Source: Azolla caroliniana (lineage: Eukaryota; Plantae; Polypodiophyta). From it: a stretch of 64,000 nt of DNA. The stretch covers positions 8,184,001 to 8,248,000 of the forward strand of contig JBHGNT010000008.1 of the NCBI GenBank assembly GCA_043228905.1, read 5' to 3'. The notes under the pieces were generated by a model that was given only the letters and a program-made list of their open reading frames with translations, was not told the origin of the DNA and searched no databases. The position numbers and the translations under genes were made by a program. Every line of letters begins with the position of its first letter. The first letter of the stretch is position 1. Shown piece by piece: positions 14,217 through 27,400 of the stretch.

Positions 14217-14816
14217 CTATTCTCCCATCTTGAGGCCTTCTACTTGACCCAAAGAGGGATGGCAGCACATCGCCAGCAACAAAGAGAGCAGAAGGCTGAA
14301 GATACACACACACAGAGAAAGGGAGAGTGAGGGATAGACTTCCTCACAAGGGAATGGTGTGGACATGTCCATCACATGCGGGCTCTCACACTCAAAGTCC
14401 ATGCACAAAGCACACTCTCTAACATAGAGACAAGTAGAGACGAAGAGAGGGATAGAGGGATAGAGAGAGATTAGTGATGGAGAGGGAGAGTGAGAGAGAC
14501 TTCTTAAGGGGTTCGTCCATTCGGGCATGCCAAAAGTGTGTTGATGGGTGAGGGGTGAAGCCTAGAATGGCTTCACCCCCCCTCCCAAGGGGGTTATTCC
14601 ATTATTCCAGAATGGCTTCACCGTTACAAATAAAGAATGAGACAAGCAGGGAGTTACATTACTTACCCACTTTCTCACCTTTGTACGCATGCACGCAAAT
14701 GTGCATGTGTTCATACACATACTCATCCTTATACACTCATTCATATTACACATACACATCAACCACATTATCGTGTTCCACCCCTTATGCCTCCCCGTAT
14801 ATTCTTACAGGTAACA
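14217..14816 (-). repeat. LTR-like repeat, inverted homolog of 63350-63842
   Basis: Shared AACCCCCTTGGGAGGGGGTGAAGCC and ACACTTTTGGCATGC blocks; TGTTA 5' end. Confidence 0.6.
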
Positions 14817-15106
14817 GGCGGTCTGGGTGGCTATCTACATCCAAAACCGGATTGGAGATAAGGTGTCAGCACACAAGCTGTATTTCGGGCAGAAGCCGAA
14901 CTTCAGGCACCTTAGGATATTCGATAGTATACCCTATGTGCATGTACCGGATGAGAAATGCAAGAACCTAGACCCAAAGTAGGAGAAATGAATACTAGTC
15001 GGCTACTCTCATGAGCAGAAGGGGTATAAGTGCTATAGCCCCCGGACAAAGACAGTCTAAGTAAGCCAATATGTTGAGTTCGATGAATCGGCATCATGGT
15101 ACTCTC
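14817..15106 (+). mobile_element. Copia integrase C-terminal fragment
   Basis: HLRIF..YVHVPDEKCKNLDPK..LVGYS.EQKGYKCY. Confidence 0.75.
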
Positions 15107-16240
15107 TATTGGGAAGTCGGTCCCTCCAAATGGGATCCGGTTATGAATGAAGAGGAACCGGTGAGAACTGGAAGAGAAGACATATTTGTAAATATGCTTT
15201 CAGTAAGCCTATTGAGGCTATATTTGTAAATCGCCCTAAGTTCATATAAGTATAAATATGACTTAGGGCAATCACTTTATAATGTTGTCATATTGTTGTT
15301 GATATAACTATTCTATAGAGAGAGAGGAGATACAGAGTTATACTCTGTTTTAACTCCCGGTTGGCGAAGATACAGAGCTCGAGGTTGTTGCCTCCGAGTC
15401 CCTGATTGTATCTTTCCTATATATAGTGATAGCTTGGAGTCTATGGGCTCCAGTGGTTTTTTCCAATTAGGGTTTTCCACGTAAACATTCTGTGTACTCT
15501 CTACTTCCCATTTCTGTGTTTCATTCTCATTGAAGTGATTCAAGACTCAGTTGTTGCCGAGCAATATTCCGCGCTATTCTCTTCAATCTGGTATCAGAGC
15601 GAACAACACAGGAAATGGAAGAATCATTCGGCGGCCTATTCAAGCTTACCGGCTCCAACTACTTAGTGTGGAAGTCGAAGTTGAGGGATATGCTGGTGGT
15701 TAAAGATCTTTGGTTGTTGGTTTAGTTAGGGGACAAGAGACCTGATAAGATCAACACCACAGTGTGGGAAGTGATGCACATGAAGACGACGGCATACATC
15801 CGGTGCTTCATCAACATGAGCCTGTACAACAACTTCAAGGCTCATGAACTCTGGGAGAAGAACGGCATCAAGTTCCAGAACAAGAATGTCGTTAATCCGG
15901 TTTCGGTATTCCGGAAGCTAGTGAGGCTCTGGTACCAAGACGGCTCCAGTATGATAGAGCACATGAATGGCTTCCAGGGGCGAATACACCAAGCTACCTC
16001 GTTGGAAGTACCTCTCGCTGATGAGGTACTCGCATTACTCCTGCTCGGTTACCTCCTGGATAATTGGGAGACGCTAGTTGTCACGTTGGGCAACGCCGGG
16101 CCGGAAGGAAAACAGTTGTCCCTAGCAAGAGTCAAGTCATGCCTGCTAGATGTAGAATCTTGCCGGAAGGACTAGGAGTCCGGAACCGATCCGAAGGCCA
16201 TAGTCACGGAAGATGACCACAACCATGGAAGAGGCCGGTA
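15107..16240 (+). mobile_element. Copia 5' end: LTR 15107-15585, tRNA-Met PBS, gag fragment
   Basis: TGGTATCAGAGC PBS at ~15588; MEESFGGLFKLTGSNY gag homologous to the 61031 ORF. Confidence 0.88.
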
Positions 16241-17113
16241 TCTGTTGTCCGCCGGAATAGTAACCGACGGACAAGAACGTAGGAATAAGAAATAATATAA
16301 GATCATAACGCATGTAACGGTTCACGCAGGAAGCGTGAACGGCTAAAAAGATCATGCGTATATAAAGGCCACAAAACCTCATTCGGCTCTGGTAAACCTC
16401 AACTTCACGGTGTCGAGGTATTCCTCGCGGATGCGTGGAATGAGGCGGAACCTCGGGGGTCCTGTACCAAAGAGCGAGAGAGGAAGGGGAAGAAACCCTC
16501 TACGTGCGAGCGTAGATCCACAGGGACACGGCCCTTCGACGCAAAGACGCAAGTGGGACAGCGACACAGAAAGACACGAATGTATGTATGTATTAACAAA
16601 GACAAACAACAAGAACACGAAGACAACAAAAGACGAAGTCGGTTACAACCGAACAGGCCGGCGAACAGATGCTGATACCTGTTCGTAAACGCACAGAAAG
16701 ACAGGAACAGGTTGGAGGTGTTGCCGGAAGCACTCAGGCATTCCTCAGAGCAGCGCGAGCCTCCCGAAACCTGCACAGAAGGAAGCTATGGAGTTTGCGA
16801 ACCAGAGAGAGAGAGAGAAGCCTTCGCACGCAAACCGACAGCACTTCGTCCTCGACTCTCCGCGATCCCCCCCCCCTTCTCGTCTCCCTCCTTTTTATAG
16901 GCAAGGAAGGAGCCGTTTCCCCTTTACTTCCTACCCACTAAATCTACCCGCCTAGGATCTTCTATGGACAACATTCGAGAAGAGCCGGTTCCTACGCTCC
17001 TGTGCACCGATTCTGCTTGTGGACGGTTTTCTTCACGACATCTGCCCCCACCTAACCGCACATCCACCCGCATGCACCAAATTGAGTCGGGACGGAGAAA
17101 ACCGGTCCAGACT

Positions 17114-20100
17114 TCATTCCCCGCCCGTCGGTTCTTCCTCGGTTTCGGATCGTTCGTCGTCGCGGTCCAGGCCCACCGGATCCGGCTCGTCGTCGTGACG
17201 CTTCTTGAACGCTTTGATCCGCTTCCTAGCTACCGGTATCGCCATTCTCGTGCCGTCGAGCTCCGCCAGATGGTACGTCCCGTTGTCATTGGCGCTTTGT
17301 ACCACGTAAGGCCCGAACCACCTTCTTGCGAACTTCCGTGTCGCTCGGTGTTGGTTGTCAAGGCTGTTGTCGTAGACTAGCACCCAGTCGCCTTCCTCGA
17401 TCTTCTTCGGTCGGAGCCAGTGCGTTCGGTCGAACCGGGCTTTGTTCCTCATCCTTGCTTCCCAAAGCCTTTCCGCAGCCTGCTCCACGTCCTCCGGTCT
17501 TCGCTCGAGCTGTCGTATACACGCCGCCAGCAGTTCCTCCCGGCTCATCTCGTCTCTCCAATCCACGGTTGCCCATGAGGAGATCGTACGTTCCATCGGC
17601 ATGACCGGCTTCTGCCCAAACATGAGCTCTGCCGGCATGAATCCGGTTACCGAACTGTGCGTAGCTCAGTCCGCCCACAACGCGTAAGGCAACAGCCGCG
17701 GCCAGTTCCCGACTTGACCTCTGCATGCCCGAACTAACGCCTTGACGATCGGTCTGTGTCCGCGCTCCACCTTCCCATTCGCCTCCGGATTGTACGCAGT
17801 GGTAAGCGAGAGCCGGTCGAACAGCTCCTCGGCCTCTTCGGCGTCCAACTCCCCGCGATCAGCCACGATCTTCCCGACGCACCCGTACCGGCATATCACG
17901 TCCTCGATCAGGAACCGACATACGGCCGCGGTCGTTTTGTTCTGAAGGGCTCGGCCTTCCACCTAGTTCGTCAGATCTTCCCGAGCCAGGACCAGATACC
18001 GCATCTGTCCTACTCCCATTGGCATCGTCACCAGGTCTACCATCCATTTGAAGTGGATGGTCGGAGGGTACGTAGGGTGAAGCTCGTCCCGATGTCGGAC
18101 TATGGAGTGCATCTGACAGCTCTCGCAAGTCGTCACGAACCGATGCACATCGCGGTACAGTCCCGGCCAACAGTACTTCCCCTTTATCTTCTCGAATGTG
18201 GCCCACGTTCCACAGTGTCCGGCCCAAGGGCTGTCGTGGTAGCCCGTCAGCAGCTCCTCCTGTTCTTCCTTCATCGCCACCACCCGGAGCGGGACGCCGT
18301 TCCTCTTCTTCGGGTGCTTCCATAAGTATCCGTCCCGGAGAAAGAATCGGTAAGCTTTCTTTCGGATCCGGTTGGCCTCGTCCTTCGTCCACGACGCATC
18401 CGGCATCATTGTCCTCAGAAACCTACCGATCTACAGCCACTCGCCGTTGTACTTGCTCTCGTCGAAGCCGTTAAGTGCCGGAGTGCTCGCCCCATCAGTC
18501 GTCACGTACGCCGCCTCGAAGAAGTCCACGCCGACTTCTTCGTCCTCCGAAACCATGCCGCCCTCGTCATCAAACCTCGCCCTCGAAAGCATGTCGGCCA
18601 TGGCGTTGTCCTTTCCGGAAATGTGTCGTATCTCCGGGTCCAGGGACTTGATGTACGCTATCCACCTGAGCATCGCCAGGTCTGGTGTCGCGCATCCGGA
18701 AACCATGCCGAGAATCGGCAGGCAATCCGTTTCGATAATCACTTCTGTCCCGATCAGGTAGTCTTTGTCCGCCTTTACCGCCGAAACGATACCCCAGAGT
18801 TCGCGTTTAACCTGGGCGTACCCTCGCTGTCGCTCACTGAGGACCTTAGCGCCGAATCGGATCGGGAACCGGGTGTCGTCCTCGTCTTCTTGGTTGACGA
18901 CCCATCCGATCCCGGTCGGGCTCGTATCCACCGTTATGTATACCGGGGTACCCTTCTCGTAGACAGCCTTCCGGAGCGCCGGTGCTGCCGCAAGAGCTTC
19001 CTTCAGCTTCCGGACCGACTCCGTGTGCTCGTCTCGCCACTCGAATCTTTGCCCCTTCTTCAGCAACCCGTATAGTGGCTCCGCAACGTGGGCGTAATGC
19101 AGGATCCATATGTGGTAGAAGGCGCATGCCCCCAGGAACCTCCGAACTTCCGTAACCGAGCTACAGTCGGTCTTCATCGCAGAGATGGCTTCTACCTTTG
19201 CCGGAGACGGCTGCCGGCCATATGGTCCACATAGGTGCCCGACCACCAGGATTTCTGATTGCCCGAAGGCCGATTTCTCCCCGGAGAAGGTGAGCCTCGC
19301 ATCCTCTAGCCTTTGTAGCACCTTCTCGCAGTCGTCAATGTGTGTTGCTACGAATCGCCGGCATCCGTCCGGCCCGAGTGTCTCGTCCTTCTCTTCCATC
19401 GGGCACCCCTTGATAGGGATGTCGTCTAGAAACGGCATGGTGATGTCCGGGATGCAATCCCTCAGTACTTTGTTCATTGCATTCACCATGTGGGCCACCG
19501 AGTTGATCCCTCCTTGTGGCAGGGTACATATTCGCACTAGGCCGAGGGGAGTTCGCATCGTCGTAATGTCTCTGCTCTCCACGGCTAGCTGGAACTGGTC
19601 GTACCCCGAGTACAGATCACCGACCGAGTAAATCGACCTTCCGGCGAAGGCCTCCGCGAACTCGTCTATGGTCGGTCTGATTCCTGCGTTCCGGATGGTC
19701 ACTCTGTTGACCGGCTGCAGGTCCTGAATGAAGCGCAATGTTCCGTTTTTCTTTGGTACGGTAAACCATCGGTTCGAGTATGGCGCGCTCGACGGTTTGA
19801 GAATACCCATATCGACTTTCTGCCTCAATAGCTCCATCAACTTCGGGATGTGAGCTCTCGGTACTGGAATCGTCTTGAGATTCCACGGTACATGCGGTAC
19901 CGTGAATATCACCATCGGCTCCACGATCGTCGGGTCCACGCACCCGATCTCTTCCGGTGAGAATGCGAAGGCTTTCCCATGCCTTCCGAGCATTCTCCGA
20001 AACCGGTCTTCCTCCGCCGGCAGTAGGAACCCGCCCCCACCGATTTTGAGCTCCCGGAGCGTTCCGTCGGTGAAGGTGTGTCCTATGCACGCCGGATCTC

Positions 20101-20570
20101 GTAAACTGGGGTCCGACGCCACCCCTCTGATTCGGGACTCGCTGCCCTCCGGCAAGGGTGCCGCGACCGGCCTTACCTTCCGATCCACAATCTTGTACTT
20201 CGTGCTATCTCGGGCCATCCGATCTGGCCCGAGCCCCCGACTGAAGTTCGCGATGACTTCGTACATCTCTTCGGAACATACCGGTATCGTTCGGTCTTCG
20301 TTAAGGTCTTCTCCGGCTACCTTCCTCAGCATCCCCAAGGTGTCGTCGAAGGAGACCGCCTCCACGGCTCCGCTGATTTCCTCGTCCGGGCCGAGAACTC
20401 CGCACGCTCGAAGTTGCTCTTCCGCCCTTGTCTTTTCTCGGCCAACGATGCCGACTATCATACACCCTCCGTTGTCGGAGAAGCAAAATCTCCTACCTAT
20501 CGTACAATCGTGGGGTCTTTCCCGAGTGTCTGGACTGTCTCGGCCCCACGCCTTGGCAGCCCTCTCTAAA
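17114..20570 (-). pseudogene. gypsy pol (RT-RNase H-integrase) in the -1 frame, three nonsense codons
   Basis: ORFs 18431-20461, 17963-18409, 17666-17962 and 17114-17638 are all in one frame; HHCC and DDE integrase motifs; no chromodomain. Confidence 0.88.
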
Positions 20571-22692
20571 AATCCTCCCGGTTCTCGCCACCGAGGGATT
20601 CGCGGTTTCTCTCGTGGTTCGGCTGCACCATCAGAAACTGAACCGAAAGGCGCCCGTCCTGGCTTTTGACCCTCGCGTAGGCCGAACCGTTGTCCAACAC
20701 CTTGGTCTCCATTCGCACCGCCGTGATGTACGGTTCCCCTAATATGACCGGGTGCGAGGACGTCTCCTGTACGAAGAAGTGTTGGTCAATCTCGACGTCG
20801 CCGATCTTGACTCGCACGTTCGGGAAGGCCCCGTGTAGTTCCTCGGTGGCGCGCGTCGCCGCCCGTATCTTCCACCCGTGCTTGGTGTTGATCGGCCACT
20901 TTCCCTTCTTATAGAAGTCCATGGACATCAGGTTTATTTCTGAACCGTGGTCCACCAATGCCACCACCGGTTCCTGAACATCTCCGATCTTTACCGGGGT
21001 CTCCGTGGTTGCTCGGGCCCAGTGCGGCCTTGAATAGTGGCTCTCCGCCCACTCATCTTTTAGCGCCATGTCGTCGATGTGCGTCGTCCGCACCTCCACC
21101 GGTCTTTCCAGTTCCGTCTCCATCGACAGCCTCTTCCGTTTCACTAGGTCCACAATGGAGTCGTGGAACTCCTTCTTTGCGATCCCTAGCACCTCTCGCA
21201 ATGACAGCTCCACTTTGCTGTCGAGGATCCGTTCTTCTAGGACCTTTCGTAGGTCCGTAGTCCTTTCTATTTCCGTCCCCAGTCGGTATCCGCCCTTCCT
21301 GGGGTTATCTTGTGCGCCGGACCCACCGGCATCGTTCTGTCGTTGCCCGAATCGGGTCTCGTACCGTTGTGAGGGCCCGACCGCTCCGGCTTTCCCCACT
21401 CGCTTGTCTTCTACTAGAGCCTCGTAGTTCCAGCAGGCGGCTTCTACGAAGCCCGTCTTCTCCTCGACCAGATCGCTCCACCCGGTTATTTCCCGGACCC
21501 GTCTCTCAACACGGTCCGTTTCGTCTTTCCTTGGCCGTGCGCCGGCAAGACCTTCCAGCATTGCCGACCAGAATCCGTCTTTGCCCTCCTTTCGGGCCTC
21601 GCTGCCCCCGATCTGAATGCCGGCCGACGCCGAGTAGTGGATGGCCTCCACGTGTCGGGCCGCTGCCTCTTCCATCAGTCTCTTCATACCTCCTCGTCCG
21701 TTGTTTCGGTTTAGGGCCCTTCTGGTGTCGCCGGCGTGCACCCGGCCTTCCCACAGGTACACCACCCGGCTCCTCAACGCTTCTGCGAAATCGCCACAGT
21801 CCTTCCGGATGTGGCCGATCTCGTCGCACCACATGCACCTGTTCCCTACTGCCGGCCGTCGATCACGAGCCGGTTCGCCGCCTTCCCTTCGAGTCTGGGC
21901 GATCTGGAGATCCTTTATCGCCCGCGTCAACTCCTCCAGCGCTGCTCCTCCGGACGAGCCATTGACCATGCCGGTCGAAGCCGGACCGGTTTCGAGCCAT
22001 TCCCGGGTTTCTTCCCTTCGTACTTGTGGCGCCGGTTCAAGCCTCCTTGTTGTAACAGAGCCCGCACCGGCCGCCCCGTTGTCAGCCCATTCTCTCCGTT
22101 TGTCGAAACGGCCACAGACTCTCTTAACCGCAGCCTAGTCGGTTGTCAGCCCGTCTTCGGTTTCCAGCAAGGAGCCGACTTGATCCCGGTCCCGCTCGTC
22201 CACCGACTTGACGAACAGTAGGACCCGGCTCGTATCCAGGATAGTTCGATCAAGCGCCGAAAGGCGCGCAAAGCGTTCTTCGAACTCCCGGAGGAGTGCC
22301 GACGCGTTTCTTCCTTTGCCGGGGGACTCCACCCATTCCATGAAGTCCCGTTTCGAAAGCCGGAGCGCGTCGTCCAGCCCATATTTCTCTAGGAGTCGGC
22401 CTTCGAACTCCTCCCAGGTACGGCTCTCCGCCCGTACCTCGAGCACCTCCGCATGGTTGCTCGGCATCGCCACTCGAGGGAACCCGGCAAGACGCCTCTC
22501 TTCCGGAATGTCCCGCATCAGCATTTCCGCCCCGTAGGACGCCAAATACTTCGTAGCATCCTTTCCGCTGAAACGGCCGATCGTACCGACAACCGCCTCA
22601 ATGGCTCTGTCGAGGGCGCCGGTGCCCTCGTGTGTGCTCAATATCCGATCCACGGCCGAAGCCATGGCCTCTGCAAGATCCGACCCCCTCAT
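20566..22692 (-). pseudogene. gypsy gag-protease ORF with one in-frame TAG (22135-22137)
   Basis: CMWCDEIGHIRKDC knuckle, ALVDHGSEINLM protease; the ORF pieces share one frame. Confidence 0.85.
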
Positions 22693-23372
22693 CTTCTGCT
22701 CTTCTGCCGCCTCCTTCACGTCGGGTTCACCAAAGATGTCGAGGTATTCCTCGCGGATGCGTGGAATGAGGCGGAACCTCGGGGGTCCTGTACCAAAGAG
22801 CGAGAGAGGAAGGGGAAGAAACCCTCTACGTGCGAGCGTAGATCCACAGGGACACGGCCCTTCGACGCAAAGACGCAAGTGGGACAGCGACACAGAAAGA
22901 CACGAATGTATGTATGTATTAACAAAGACAAACAACAAGAACACGAAGACAACAAAAGACGAAGTCGGTTACAACCGAACAGGCCGGCGAACAGATGCCG
23001 ATACCTATTCGTAAATGCACAGAAAGACAGGAACAGGTTGGAGGTGCTGCCGGAAGCACTCGGGCATTCCTCAGAGCAGCGCGAGCCTCTCGAAACCTGC
23101 ACAGAAGGAAGCTATGGAGTTTGCGAACCAGAGAGAGAGAGAGAAGCCTTCGCACGCAAACCGACAGCACTTCGTCCTCGACTCTCCGCGATCCCCCCCC
23201 CCCCTTCTCGTCTCCCTCCTTTTTATAGGCAAGGAAGGAGTCGTTTCCCCTTTACTTCTTACCCACTAAATCTACCCGCCTAGGATCTTCTATGGACAAC
23301 ATTCGAGAAGAGCCGGTTCCTACGCTCCTGTGCACCGATTCTGCTTGTGGACGGTTCTCTTCACGACAACGG

Positions 23373-24459
23373 TTTTACCGATTCGGGCATGTCGGCTGAT
23401 GTGGATACCAGCCGGTCTACATCCGGGTATGTAATGACATATGTAGGGGGAGTTGTTTCGTGGCAGTCAAGGCTACAAAAGACGGTTGCGTTGTCAACCA
23501 CGAAGGCAGAGTACATGGTGGTTGTGAAAGCCGGCAAGGAAATACTATGGATGAAGGACTTCATCGAAGAGCTCGGTATCCAGCGAGATGAATACCGGCT
23601 CTATTGCGATAGTCAAAGTGCCATCCACCTTGCTAAGAACACAGCGCACCATTCCAGGACGAAGCACATCCAGCGTAGGTATCACTAGATCCGGGAGCGA
23701 GTAGAAGGTCAAGAGTTCGCGCTGACGAAGATCCACATGGCCGAGAACAGGTCAGATATGCTGACCAAAGTACTGATACCCGACAAGTTGGATGCATATT
23801 GGAAGCGGATTGAATTGACTAGGCATCCCATGCCGGAGTGAAGGGGGAGTTTTTTAGGATCTCGGTCCCTCCGGATGGGATGACAAGTACCCGGCAACAG
23901 AAGACCCGGTGAGAACCGGATGACAAGTACCCGGCAAGGAAGACCCGGTGAGAACCGGATGTTGCAGGCCCGGTGAGAACCTCTCACCGGATGAAGGGAC
24001 ATATATGTAAATATGTTCCAGAGAGCCCACTAGGGCTATATTTTGTAAATAGCCGAAAGTCATATTAGTATAAATATGACCTAGGGCAAACATAATAAGA
24101 TGATGTAGAGATGGTTGTATTATTATCGTTGTTGTGATAATTCAGAGTGTAACTGTGTACAGAGAAGAGAGAGAGAGAAAGAGGTCGTTGCCTCTGTTGT
24201 AACCGTCTGGTGGCGAAGCGAGGGAACAAGAGGTCGTTGCCTCTGTGCCCCATTGTTGTAATCTTGATATAGTGATATTTTGTAGTCTGAGAGCTGTCGT
24301 GGTTTTCTCCCAGATTTGGGTTTTCCACGTTAACATCCAGTGCACTCTCTTCTTTACTATTTCGTGCATAAATACATCTCGCCACATCCCTATTTTTCTG
24401 TGCTTGATCCGACGTTTCGGTTGTGGCCGAGCATAGCTTAGGAAACCGTATTCCTTTCA
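23373..24459 (+). mobile_element. Copia 3' end (RNase H, PPT, 3' LTR ~23852-24459); continues from 16381-16410
   Basis: GKPQLHG|FTDSGMSAD reads through the gypsy insertion site; LTR homologous to 6004-6638. Confidence 0.9.
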
Positions 24460-27400
24460 CTTCTATCTCACACTCACAGTTATGTTCTCTTCTATTCTAC
24501 ATCATAAAGTTTTCCCTAGTTGCATATATACTTACACAACTTTCTGGATATTTACATACCTAGCCCTCATGGGGCACACATTGAGACTATTTACAAGTAT
24601 AGTCTCCTGAGTTGGCTGTATACACGATTCTAGTTTCAGCCTTGGCCGAGTCCCTCATCAACTCGGCTCCTCTCTCTCCCTAGCTGGAGTGACCTGTTTC
24701 CTAACATCATCATTATAATAACAGTCGAATCACTAATTTCGACCCTTCGACAGTTGGTTCATCCTCCCACTGGAGGGACATATTCCCAACAAACTCCCCC
24801 TTCACTCCTGTGGGAGGAAATCTGTCAGTCCTGTATTTTGTCGACAAACTCTGAGTCTGTGCATAAGTAGGTTCTTTGTTAGCATGTCGGATCCATTGTC
24901 GTCAGTATGGATCTTCACAAGAGCAAACTCTCCATCTTCGACTCTCTCCCACAACCAGTGATACCTTCTCTGTATGTGCTTGCTCCGGGAGTGGTATGTC
25001 GCGTTCTTGGCTAGGTGTATGGCGCTTTGGCTGTCACAGTGAAGCAAGAACTCCTTTTGCTTCATGCCTAGTTCGGTGAGAAAATTTCTCATCCAGATCA
25101 GCTCTTTCCCAGCTTCTGCCACTGCCATATACTTTGCCTCTGTAGTTGATAAAGCTACAGACTTCTGCAGTCACGACTGCCACGACACTGCTCCCCCTAC
25201 ATAGGTCATCACGTACCCTAACGTGGATCGGCTCGAGTCGACATCTCCTGACATGTCCGAATCAGTAAAACCTTCCAGCACAGGTTTTCCGACACCATAC
25301 CTTAGGCACACCTCCGAGGTGCCTTTCAGGTACCTGAGTATCCACTTCACTGCTACCCAGTGCTCTCTGCCTGGATTACTCATATATCATCTTACATCTC
25401 CTACAACAAATGCTATGTCCAGTCTCGTACAGACCATAGCATACATTAGATTGCCAACAGCCGAGGCATATGGTACCTTCCTCATCTCGGCCTTCTCCTT
25501 CTCCCCTCTCGCGCACTGCTTCGCATTTAACCTGCAGTTTGTCAGTAACACTGAGTTGACCGTCTTTGCGTTTGACATGTTGAATCTCTCTAAGATCTTC
25601 GTCACATACTTCTGTTGTGACAACCACATCACCTTTTGAGTTCTGTCTCGAACTATGTGCATTCCTAGGATTTGCTTTGCTGGTCCAAGGTCTTTCATGG
25701 CAAATGATTTTCCGAGAGCTTTCTTCAAGCTTCCAATCTTCCTTGTGTCTTGACCGACAATCAACATCTCATCAACATATAATAAGAGAATCACGAAGTC
25801 TCCTTCTTCATACCTTTTTACGAACACACAGTGATCTGGAACCAGTGTTCCATCACGAAGGACTCGAACTTCTTGTACCATTGGCGTGGTGCTTGTTTTA
25901 GTCCGTACAAGCTTTTCCTCAGTCGACACACTAGATTCTCTTTCCCTTTCTCCTCAAAGCCTTTGGGTTGCTGCATGTAGATTTCTTCCTCTAGCTCCCC
26001 ATGCAGAAATGTGGTTTTTACATCCAACTGTTCGATCTCTAAGTCCATAATGGCCGTTATGCTCAGAACAGTTCATATGGATGTCATCTTCATGACTGGT
26101 GTGAATATTTCGTCAAAGTCGACGCCCTTCCTCTGTTGGAAACCCTTTACCACTATGTGGGCTTTGTACCTGGGCTCATTGTCGACTTCTCCAGTCTTCA
26201 CCTTGTAGACCCATTTATTCCTGAGTGCTCTCTTACCTTTCGGCAGCTCTACTAGGTCATAGGTGTAATTTGCGTGCAAGGATTCTATCTCCTCTTGCAT
26301 CGCCTTCAGCCATTGTTCTCTGCTCTCGTCGGCAATGGCTTCTTTATAGCACTCCGGTTCACCATCATCAGTCAAGAGGATGTATTGACTGACATATGTA
26401 GTCAATGCTTTCCTTTCTCTGAGTGGGTATCTTCTTCCACTCATTGTTGGTTCTCTTTCGGATGTCTCTGCCAACTCTTCTCTCGGCTCGGGATTCTACT
26501 CATCAATTGGCATCTCCAGGTTGGAAAATTCCAACTCATATTCCTCAATTGATTTCGGCAGATCTACCGACTCTGACTCATAGTCTGTCGGTCTTTCCGA
26601 GTCAACTGACTCGGATTCGGCTCTGTCGACCAGCTGTCTCCTTACAGCCGCTGGTGACGACACATTTGGCCTTAAGTCGATGGTAGTCGAGGTTGACTGG
26701 GGAGTCGGTTCCGACTTCTGTCGCTTCCAGTCTTCAATTGTCTTATCTTCAAGAAAGATGATGTCCCGACTTCTCACTACCTTCTTGTCGACTAAGTCCC
26801 ACAACCTGTAGCTGAATTCATCTTCCGAGTATCCCATGAATATGCATGCTTTCGACTTGTTGTCAAACTTTGACCTCTGATCTTTTGGTACATGCATATA
26901 TGCCAAACATCCAAACACCCTCAGGTGTTGGTAGGAGACATCCTTCCCTATCCACACCCTCTATGGGACATCACCCTTTAATGGCACCGAGGGAGACCTG
27001 TTGATCAAGTAAACAGTTGTGTACATTGCCTCAGCCCAATAGGATTTCAACAGTTTCGCATGGGAGAGCATGCTCCTTACTCTCTCCATGATTGTTTGAT
27101 TCATCCTCTCTGCAAGCTCGTTTAATTATGGGGTCTTTGGCACTGTGTATTCGATTCGAATACCCTGGCACTTGCAGTATTCCTCGAACTGCCCTCTGTA
27201 CTCACCACCGTTGTTAGTTCAGACAACCTTCAGTTTCCGACCCGACTCTCTTTCAACTCTTGCCTGGAACTCCTTGAAAAATGACAGTACTTGATCCTTC
27301 GTCTTCAGTACGAAGGTCCATGTCTTCTGACTATGGTCTTCAATGAATGTCACGAAGTACTGTCCACCTCTATGTGATGGAGCATCCACATAGCACACAT

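Larger units (their letters stand above)
16411..23368 (-). mobile_element. Near-complete Ty3/gypsy element, tRNA-Trp primed, 4-bp TSD ACGG; LTRs 16411-17040 and 22737-23368
   Basis: LTRs ~98.5% identical by eye; 18-nt PBS at 22715-22732; gag-CCHC-PR then RT(FLDD)-RH-INT; inserted in a copia RT/RH sequence. Confidence 0.95.

Noticed and set aside
22135-22137. In-frame TAG in gag as programmed readthrough
   Set aside because: The homologous gag at 54096-56138 has Trp at this position (GLTEDW), so it is a TGG>TAG mutation
19875-23283. Long plus-strand ORFs (264, 217, 276 aa)
   Set aside because: Antisense shadows of GC-rich gag/pol with no recognisable motifs
15107-24459. A single copia element bounded by the 15107 and 23852 LTRs
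   Set aside because: The LTRs are too divergent, the flanks do not match (CTCTC vs CTTCT) and foreign sequence lies at 16241-16380; it is a chimera
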